The position numbers were made by a program, and so were the translations under genes. The notes below the pieces were generated by a model. That model was not told the DNA's origin and did no database searches. It saw only the letters and a list, made by a program, of their open reading frames with translations. Shown one piece after another: positions 54,601-64,000 of a stretch of 64,000 nucleotides of DNA. Each line of letters begins with the position of its first letter. Positions within the stretch are counted from its first letter, which is position 1. The stretch covers positions 30,752,001 to 30,816,000 of the forward strand of contig OX597831.1 in assembly GCA_951406725.2 (NCBI GenBank), given 5' to 3'. This stretch comes from Octopus vulgaris (taxonomy: Eukaryota).

Positions 54601-55502
54601 GTAAGTGTAGTCAGAAGATTGAGAGGTTGTATATAAATCGGCATTCATATCTACTGACATCTGAATATAGGTTTTATATATATAACCAACTTCTCTTCTG
54701 AACGAACCCAAAGTAAGAGTTGAGCATAACGCCCTACGCCAGTGCATCTAATACAATAAATTTCTACAGGGATCCCTGAACTAGCACATTATCACAAATA
54801 CAAAGTTCGCAGCTACAGTGTATCTGAGAATCTGTCGGGGTTCTATAATACTTATCACGTTTGAAAATGTATTAATATCAATTAAATTAAATCATTCATA
54901 AATTTTAGGTTTTCTTCCCTTTCCAACTTACACATTCAATGAAGCGATTTATTTAAAAATGCATTGATGGCTGTGGATGATTTCTAAGGATTAATTCATG
55001 AGGTTGCATTTGACGAGACTATACGCGGCAAAATTTTTTGGCGCCAGCGGTGAATGGCAAATAGATAAAAATCAATGTGTGTACTTAGGAAAATGCTGAA
55101 TCATTAATTTCACAAATGGATAAGTATGCAAATTATTTTAAACTTTAAACACTTGCTTTTAGGCATTTTTTTTTCATTTATTTTTCGTACACGATATTTA
55201 GAAAGATTAATCAGAAGGCAGTTTTAAATTTGAATACGAAACAAATGTTAAAAGACAAAGAAAAAAGAAATATTCGAAAACTTTGAAGATGAAGTTTAAA
55301 AGGTCACCAATAATGCTAATATATATATATAGAAAAGAAAGCTTCTGAAAAAGAATCGAAACCGCATTGATTCATCGCAGTGGGCGCTTACATTTTGTTC
55401 TATGGAGTTCACTGCTGCGGTGATGATAATATAACTAGCTGACCCTTCTCTACAAAAAGAAAACTTAGGTATATTTTAATATTTAGTATTTCGCTCGAAT
55501 AC

Positions 55503-55536
<34 letters not shown>

Positions 55537-56037
55537 ACACACACATACTCTTTCTCTCTCTCTCTCTGTCGTTCACTCATTTTCTCTTACTTTCCTACTT
55601 TCACTTTCGCTTCACTTTCTTCATTTCTTTTTCCCCCATATCTATATCTATATATAGATCGAGATATAGATATCAGCTTCACATTAACTGCTGGAAATTT
55701 TCTTAATGCTGTATAATGGCGATATTGATTACATCTTTTCAACAGTATTCAATGTATCGTGATGTTGGAATTCAGACACTATTTGTTACTCAACGTTAAT
55801 TCCTCTCTTGCAATCAAGTCAATCGAGATTTGTTTATTTATTTAGTTTTTTTTCATTCATTCATTCATTCATTCATTTATTATTAGCTATCTCTGCGTGT
55901 CTCATTTATAACTTTCAGTTCATACATTGCTTCTTCGTGTTTTTCTTTTCTTTCTTATTTCAATGTATCATCATATCTTGGGAATCGAAGGAAAAATTTT
56001 GGGGCAAAGTTCGTTGATTTTCTTTAATTCATTACAC

Positions 56038-56370
<333 letters not shown>

Positions 56371-56631
56371 TTGTTTTATTTTATTTTCGAATCATTGCTT
56401 GATACGGTTATTGAAAACCCAGTTCATTAACAAAAGTCACTTTATATAATATATCTTATCTCTTACAATATATTCTTGTTTTAATGAGCTAGATGCATTA
56501 GTCAAATAAAATCCCATGCTGTGAATCATGAAGTTGAGTATAATTACAAAATTATATTAAAAAACAAAGAGTTATTGCACTTGTGTTTATATATATATAT
56601 ATAGTTTTTGTCTTTTAAACTAATGTTACAT

Positions 56632-57052
56632 AGGCATAGGAGAGGCTGTGTGGTAAGTAGCTTGCTTACCAACCACATGGTTCCGAGTTCTGTCCCATTG
56701 CGTGGCAACTTGGGCAAGTGTCTTCTACTATTGCCTCGGGCCGACCAAAGCCTTGTGATTGGATTTGGTAGACGGAAATTGAAAGAAGCCCGTCGTATAT
56801 GTGTATATATATGTATGTGTGTGTGTATATGTTTGTGTGTCTGTGTTTGTCCCCCCAACATCACTTGACAACCGATGGTGGTGTATCTGCGTCACCGTAA
56901 CTTAGCGGTTCGGCATAAAAGACCGATAGAATAAGTACTAGGCTTACAAAGAATAAGTCCTGGGGTCGATTTGCTTGATTAAAGGCAGTGCTCCAGCATG
57001 GCCACAGTCAAATGACTGAAACAAGTAAAAGAGAATAAAGAGTAAAAGAGTA
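56632..57052 (+). mobile_element. SINE family 1, full-length copy (followed by a degenerate 5' half at 57070-57225)
   Basis: Matches 13066-13515. Confidence 0.94.
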
Positions 57053-57244
57053 TTTTTAAAAGGGTTTCCAAGCACGGCTGTGTGGTTTAGAAGCTCACAT
57101 TGCAACCATGTGATCTTAGGTTCAGTCCTACTCTTGGCACCTTGAGTAAGTTTCTTTTACGATAGCCTGAGTAGGCCAATGTTTTGCGAAATAATTTAGC
57201 AGACGGAAACTGTGTGGAAGGAAGCAGTGCGTCACACATATGCA

Positions 57245-57462
57245 TACAATAGGGTTCTCAAAAGTTCCTGGTTTTAAGAGTGTCACGAAAGGCCTGGCTG
57301 GAGGTCAAACGTTCTGAGTTCTTTTATAGGGCTTAGAGAAACAGAAGGACCGCTGCAATAAGTGTATGAATCTGAGAGGGAAATATGTTCAATTAAATCA
57401 TAATTAACTGATCCCTCCTGTATGTTTTTTAACCCCAAACCATTTTCAGCACCTCCCTCGTA
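57245..57462. mobile_element. Degenerate mariner-type MITE
   Basis: Imperfect TIRs ta-caatagggttctcaaaagttcctgg / cattttcagcacctccctcg-ta (TACGAGGG-type end). Confidence 0.45.
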
Positions 57463-57759
57463 TATATCGTCCACTGTATCACTATATATCGACTATTGGG
57501 TGTTATTATACACCGCACCGCTGATCACAATAGGCTTCTTTACTTTGTTATAGTTATCGAATGATGCTGTCCAGCTGGTTTGGCGAGCAAGTCAACGTTA
57601 CCCTGAACGGAAGACCACTCCGTTGCCTGGTTACTCCAATACAGCTGAGTGCACTGAAGCAACATTAAATGAAGTGTTTTGCTCAAAAACCCACGATCTT
57701 GCGAGCGTGCGTGCGTGTGCGTGTCTCCATGCTTGACAACTGATGTTAGTTTACTTAAC

Positions 57760-57948
57760 TGAGAGAGAAAAGGAGAAAGAGAGAGGGAGGAAGAAAGACA
57801 GAGAAGGATAGAGAGAGAGCGAGAGCAAGGAAGAAAGAGAGAGAGGGATAGAGAGAGAGAGAGAGAGCAAGGGAGAAAGAGAGAGAGGGATAGAGAGAAA
57901 GAGAGAGCAAGGGAGAAAGAGAGAGAGAGGGGGTGAGGGAGAGAGAGA
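57760..57948. repeat. Polypurine (GA)-rich tract with higher-order unit gagagcaagggagaaagagagagagggatagaga
   Basis: Visible, about 3 units. Confidence 0.9.
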
Positions 57949-59529
57949 TTTCTTACAGTTATTCTTTCGGCTAGACACCACGATTAAACTGATTATAACA
58001 AAAATACTGATAAAGGACAGGAGTTCAGAGAAGCGTTTTGCATACTAAATAGACTTAGAATAGTTTAAGAGAGCTTTTCAACCACACAGCCATTTCGCCG
58101 AAATTTCGATTGGCTAATTCTGATTAGATTATCTCTCTTGCTTGTATTTTTAAACGTCTCAGAGAGAAGTTTTTGTCTATTAGTTACTTGAATAATCTTA
58201 TTTAATGGGAATTTTTCAGTTCACTATTTTACGTGTGTGGGATTCTAGGCTATATCAGATAATACCTATTATTTTATTTCATTTTATTTTTAATGTGGAA
58301 TAGCAGCGAGTAAGTAATACAAGCCAAATATTTATTTACAGCTTGAACAACAGGAAAATACGATAAATTGAAATATTCAAAACCTTTCAAACAATCAAAC
58401 AAGTTCCTTTTTATTTTATTATTTTTTTTTTTGCATTTAGCTATTATCATTAACCATGAAAACTCAAAAAGAGAAAAAAAATTCTTTAAAAAGGTAACAA
58501 GAAAAAAATATGCGATTCCTTCTTTCATCGGAGCCCTATACATATACTTCTTTTGTTTAATTGTTAAATTAGCCTGGATTTGATTGTAAAAAAAAAAAAC
58601 AACCCTGTTTTGTTTTCCAATTGCAAATTCCACTTAGCTCTAAATTACGAACACGGTTCGCTACGTAAAATGAATAATGAGAGCTACAGGATAACAAGTT
58701 CCTGGTAGGCTTGCTATACTGCGCAGAACCATACCGTGTTGTGATTATTCCGCTTCACTAAACTCTTCAGAACGAGATATACAGACTAACTTAGCCTCTC
58801 ACACAAATACACATACATTCATCCTCTCTCTCTCCCTCTCTGGAATTCAATGAAGTTGACCATTTGCAAATAATTATGTTAAAATAATGACATTTCACTT
58901 TATTTATCACAATGTCGGTATCATTGTTATTATGCAAAAGGGTCGTAAGTTCGAAACGTTGCTTTTTCAGAAAACGAAAAAAATAGTTTCACTATTCTAT
59001 AGCAAAACCGTTGAACTACACTTTGAGACAATTTTTTGATATCTTGGCATCTGAAGCAGCTGGAGCTACGATAGTTTGAACAAAAGAACCGGCTATCGCA
59101 AGCAAAAATATATTTTGAAAAAAAGGCATTTGGCCAAATTTGGACATACAACAGTTTAACATATTAACAACGGTATGTATTTATATTAGACACCTGTGTG
59201 CATGCGTTTGTGTGTAGTTATAGTCTTAAACTTGACTGCTCATCGCATGACCAGCTAGAAATAGCAACCAAATTTCTGTAAAATTCTACTCTTCTATGTT
59301 AAAAGAAAAATATCTGGAAAGGACACATTAAGCGCTCATGTCGAGAATATACAAAATAACGGAATAGTCACGTTTGGAAAGACTGATAGAATAGGACGAC
59401 CCAATCTGAGCTTCTTTGTTTTTTAGTTTGCCTCGAGCCCCAGCATTTACAAGGCCAATTATTCGGTTTACATGGAGTATAAGCGATGGAGATCAAAATA
59501 TTGCTCTTGAAAGAGACGCCGGTTTGTTA

Positions 59530-59730
59530 CAAGGTTCAGGACTGGCAATATTTGAGCGGAGAAACAAGTCGATTAAATCGACTTCAGTGCATTACTAGGA
59601 CTTATTTGAGCGACCTCCTCCGCTTCCCCAGAAAGATGAAAAGCATAAATTTGACCTCGGCGTAACTCGAATAAATACTACTACACATTTCGTCCGATCT
59701 GCTAACGATTCTGCAAAGCTCGCCATCTTA
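59530..59730 (-). mobile_element. Degenerate family-2 SINE
   Basis: aagtcgattaaatcgacttcagtg...gatgaaaagcat...gacctcggcg...gctaacgattctgc..gctcgcc. Confidence 0.8.
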
Positions 59731-59771
59731 ATCCGAGCCGACCCGGAGTTAAAAATAACGACAACAATAAT

Positions 59772-59858
<87 letters not shown>

Positions 59859-60226
59859 ACTTGGTTATGGTATGAAGGCCACAAAACACATCACTCTAGT
59901 TGCCTAAACTGTTCAGATAAAATACGAAAGTTTCACAATTATGTTTCTTATTCTCGTTCGTGCCAGAGAGAGAAAGAGAAGGAAAAACGAGAATCTCAAG
60001 AATAAAATAGATAAATCAATACAAAAATTGATTAAACTAAATTGAAAAACTAAGTCGCCATTTTTAGCTGAATTAAATACTGAAAAACAAGAAACGCCAT
60101 TGCTGCATAACAAGTCTAATAGTAATGTTCAGGCGGGGCATTAAGAGGCAATTATACTGGAGCAATGAGGTTTTGTGATTAAATTAAATGTTCGCACTGT
60201 TGTTAAACTCTCCCTACACTTCACTG

Positions 60227-60304
<78 letters not shown>

Positions 60305-60327
60305 CATCCAACCATCCATCCTAATAA

Positions 60328-60380
<53 letters not shown>

Positions 60381-60459
60381 CATCCATCCATCCATCCTTC
60401 TATCTATCTATCTACCTATTTATCTATCTATCTATCTATCTATCATCCATCTCACTCTC

Positions 60460-60497
<38 letters not shown>

Positions 60498-60499
60498 TT

Positions 60500-60538
<39 letters not shown>

Positions 60539-60819
60539 GAGTGAGATGGATGTATATATATATATATATATATGCAGACATAGATTTAAACATGATGAAG
60601 TGGATAAATAACCAGTGAAATAGGCAGATAGACAGATATATGTGTGTGCATTAGCGCTCGCGCGTACATGTGTTAGATAGAGATAGAGAATATATATTGT
60701 ATACATCCAATTTGGCTGTGTTTTGCTATTTATCTCTCTCTTTCTTACCCTTTCTCTCTCTCCCACTCCCATGTGTGTGCGTGAGCGTGTGAGTGTGTGT
60801 GTGTGTGTATGTGTGTGCG

Positions 60820-60855
<36 letters not shown>

Positions 60856-60940
60856 TATTTAGCTCACCTATCTTATCTTGTTGAACCTCAGTCGAATGCA
60901 AACATGCAGAGCACATGCGCACGCTAACACAAACACACAT

Positions 60941-60986
<46 letters not shown>

Positions 60987-61149
60987 ACACACATTCACGC
61001 ATGCGCACATATTCACAGAGTCAGAAATTGCTTCAGTAATTGGGTAAATAGTATACAAAACAGTTTTCTTATCTCAAAATCACAATCAACTAATTCCACC
61101 TGAGGTCGTAAACATCAAAAGCCTCCACTGTCTTCATCTTGTATTCAGG

Positions 61150-61625
61150 ATCATCATCATCACCATCACCACCACCACAACCACCACCACCACCAATGTT
61201 ATCGCCATCATCCCTGTCATTCTCCTCCTCTTTCTCCTCCTCATCATCATAATCATCCGTCGTCATCTGCATCATCATCATCGTATTGCCCTCAAATCCA
61301 ACACACATCACCATCATTAGCAGTTTCAATCACTATAGTCATTATTATCATACTTACTTTACTCTCCCTCCTCCTCCTCCTCTTCTTCTTCTTCTCCTTG
61401 TTTTTCCTCTCCTTCCTCTCATTCTTCCCCTCCTCTTTTCCTCCTCTACTTCTTCCTCCTTCTCTACTTCCTCCTCCTCTTCTTCTTCCTCCCCTTCTCT
61501 TCTTCCTCCTTCCTTACTTCCTCCCACCTTCTTCCCCTTCTTTACTTCCTCCTCCTCCTCTTATTATTCTTCCTCCCCCTTCTCGCCTCTCTCTTTCCTG
61601 TCGTCACCGATCTTATCATCTTTAC

Positions 61626-61656
<31 letters not shown>

Positions 61657-61850
61657 GTTATCATCATCGTTATCATCATCACTAAACTGCCCTCAAATCC
61701 ATCGCCAACTACATTAGCTATTTCTGTACCATCTCTCTAGTCATTGTCATCGTAATTACTTTGTTCCTTGTCCTTCCTTCGTTTCCCTCCCTTTCTGCAC
61801 GTCATCGTCATTGTTACCACCACCACCATCACCATCATCATCATACCCGC
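61150..61850. repeat. Low-complexity (CAT)n/(CCT)n/(CTT)n tract
   Basis: Visible. Confidence 0.9.
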
Positions 61851-62615
61851 ACCTTGAATTAACTGAGGAAGTGTTCGATGTGTGATTTCAGCCGTCCTTC
61901 AAGTTTCCAAGCTTATTAACCAACTTAACCTTTAGGACATCTCATGTTAATCTAGAATTGTTTCCCCTGCCGCTGCCTTGTTACTACAGGGGAGAAAACT
62001 CATACGGTGACATGATGCACATTGTGCTAAAGGTTAATTGAGAATCGAAATATTTCAGTGGATTTCAATGTAGCACTGACATTCCGTCCTTCCATTCGAC
62101 TAGCATTTAACAATGGCATCCATTATAGGGTTCGAGAATAATGGTTTTAAATAATGGGTTAGAGGCGTTCTGTCTAGCTAGACAAAACTAGCAAGACAGG
62201 CTTCAAAACTGAAGGGAAGGAGAGAACAATCGATATGATCGCTTTCAGTCATTGCTTAGTACTTATTCGTATTGACTCTTCAAAGGATGCAGGATTAATT
62301 TCATATTATATCGAAACAATGATGAAACGAATGTTTAAATGATGTGAGTTATTAATGACTTATAGGGACGCGGTATTTCGTCATGCAACCATAATATACT
62401 ACAAAGTATATTAAAAGCTTTTCATTAGTCAATACTATGTTCTACTGTGTTAGCAGTGCACTTTACATTACTTATTAAGGTTATCTGAATATATACATAT
62501 ATATATATATAGATATATAAAGTTAATCCAAACAAGAAAACAAAAAGACAACAACGCCAGGATGTGGAACAAATAAAGTATTATTGGGCGCTCAAGAAAG
62601 AAGGGAAGAAGGAGG

Positions 62616-62650
62616 GTATGACGTTTCGAGCGGAGCTCTTCGTCGGAAAC
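62616..62650 (-). ncRNA. Degenerate minimal type-I hammerhead (PLE type) within repeat 62521-62730
   Basis: Minus strand gttt-CCGACGA-a-GAGC-tcc-GCTC-GAAACGTC-atac; U4>C relative to CUGANGA. Confidence 0.55.
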
Positions 62651-62775
62651 ATAGGAGAAAGAAAGATTCCGAGGTGGGAGGACAGAGGGAAAAAAAATGC
62701 AAGTGGTCTTCACGAGGTCACATACTGAAAAGGCGGAACTGGTAAAAAAGAAGGAGCAAGTTTTCAAAAACAGGA

Positions 62776-62834
<59 letters not shown>

Positions 62835-62835
<1 letters not shown>

Positions 62836-63048
62836 TTTTCTACTCTAATTACAAGGCCCGAAACTTTTGGGGAGGTACCAGTCGATTAGATCGACCCCAA
62901 TACGCAACTTGTACTTAATTTATCGACCCAGAAAGGATAAAAGGTAAAGTCTACCTCGGCAGAATTTGAACTCAGAACGTAATGATAGACGAAATACCGC
63001 TAAGCATTCCGCCTGGCGTGCTAATGTCTCTGCCATCTCGCCGCCTTA
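62835..63048 (-). mobile_element. Family-2 SINE (tail A)
   Basis: caaggcccgaaac...gaaaggataaaaggtaaagtctacctcggcagaatttgaactcagaacg...ctcgccgcctt. Confidence 0.88.
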
Positions 63049-63104
63049 TATACACACATATACCTTTTCAATTCCATCAGTGCCTACGCATTTCATTTTT
63101 GTTC

Positions 63105-63437
63105 TATTATCTTTTACTTCCTTCGGTCATAAGACTGCGACCATGCTGGGGTACCAGTTTGAAGAACTTTTAGTCTAATGAATCGACCCCAGTGCCTATT
63201 TTTTGTTAAGCCTGATACTTAATCTATCGGTTCTTTTGCCGAAGCGCTAAAATGCGAAGACTGTAAACAAACCAACACCGGTTGTCAAGCGGTGGTGGGG
63301 GACAAACACAGACAATCTAATCACAATAACTTTGGTCGGCCCGGGGCTATAGTAGAAGATACTTGCCCAGTAGGACTGAACCTGGACCCATGAGGTCGCG
63401 AAGCAAGCTTCTTAACTACACAGGCACGCCAACGCCC
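63105..63437 (-). mobile_element. SINE family 1, internally deleted copy
   Basis: cttttactt...gaccatgctgggg...ccggttgtcaagcgg...ctatagtagaagatacttgccc. Confidence 0.85.
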
Positions 63438-63920
63438 AGTATGGATTTCTAACACAGGTACAAGGTCTCACATTTTATAGAAGGGAACAGATGAATATAT
63501 CGACACCATTTTTGTCCGCCTCTTTACCTTATTTACCCCTGAGCTGTAAAAGACAAAATCGACCTTCGTGAGATTTTAATTCACAATGTCAACCTAAACC
63601 GAGCAGAGGGTTCCGATTCGGCCAAGAATAAATTTACTACAAGTTCGGAAGAATTAAATATTTGTTAGTATATTCTTGTAGTACCTTACTTATCTATTTA
63701 TATTTATTTATTTATTTATTTATTTATTTATTGTAGTTCCTTAGCACCTAATGGCTGACGATAAGCCAGTGAATTGGTGCCAGAACATGTGAACATTCTT
63801 AAACGTCGTTATCAAAGAATACAACGCGAAAACTGTTTACACCGTTGCATTTTACCGTATCAAAACCATGTGGATACTAGACGAACGCTCTCCCCAGATA
63901 TCATATGCCAACAGCATATG

Positions 63921-63956
<36 letters not shown>

Positions 63957-64000
63957 GCGTAAGCAGCGATATTACATCAGAGCGACATGTCTACACCCAA

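Noticed and set aside
58095-58135. Reverse CCAAT box/promoter (gattggct); also YY1-like aaaatggcg at ~27445
   Set aside because: Isolated short motifs are expected by chance, with no associated gene or CpG island.

Overview
AT-rich eukaryotic non-coding DNA saturated with microsatellites and short retroelements. The repeat families look like those of a coleoid cephalopod (Octopus-like); this is my recognition, not a database result. I find no host protein-coding exon, and nearly all supplied ORFs are microsatellite or SINE translation artefacts. Supported content: (1) at least four tRNA-derived SINE families in dozens of copies; (2) degenerate Penelope-like (PLE) RT/GIY-YIG remnants and PLE-type minimal hammerhead ribozyme relics; (3) an internally deleted mariner with perfect 30-bp TIRs and TA duplication; (4) fold-back MITE and inverted-repeat structures; (5) LINE 3' ends embedded in specific microsatellites; (6) a 22-bp x6 minisatellite of TCF/LEF consensus sites. 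The most interesting pattern is a SINE variant with a LINE-like tail ending ...AAAGAAATA. It repeatedly joins into other copies of its own family at two sites sharing TRGC^RGWATY, building head-to-tail concatemers. A solo copy carries a 7-bp TSD, and a candidate partner LINE 3' end lies in the same window.
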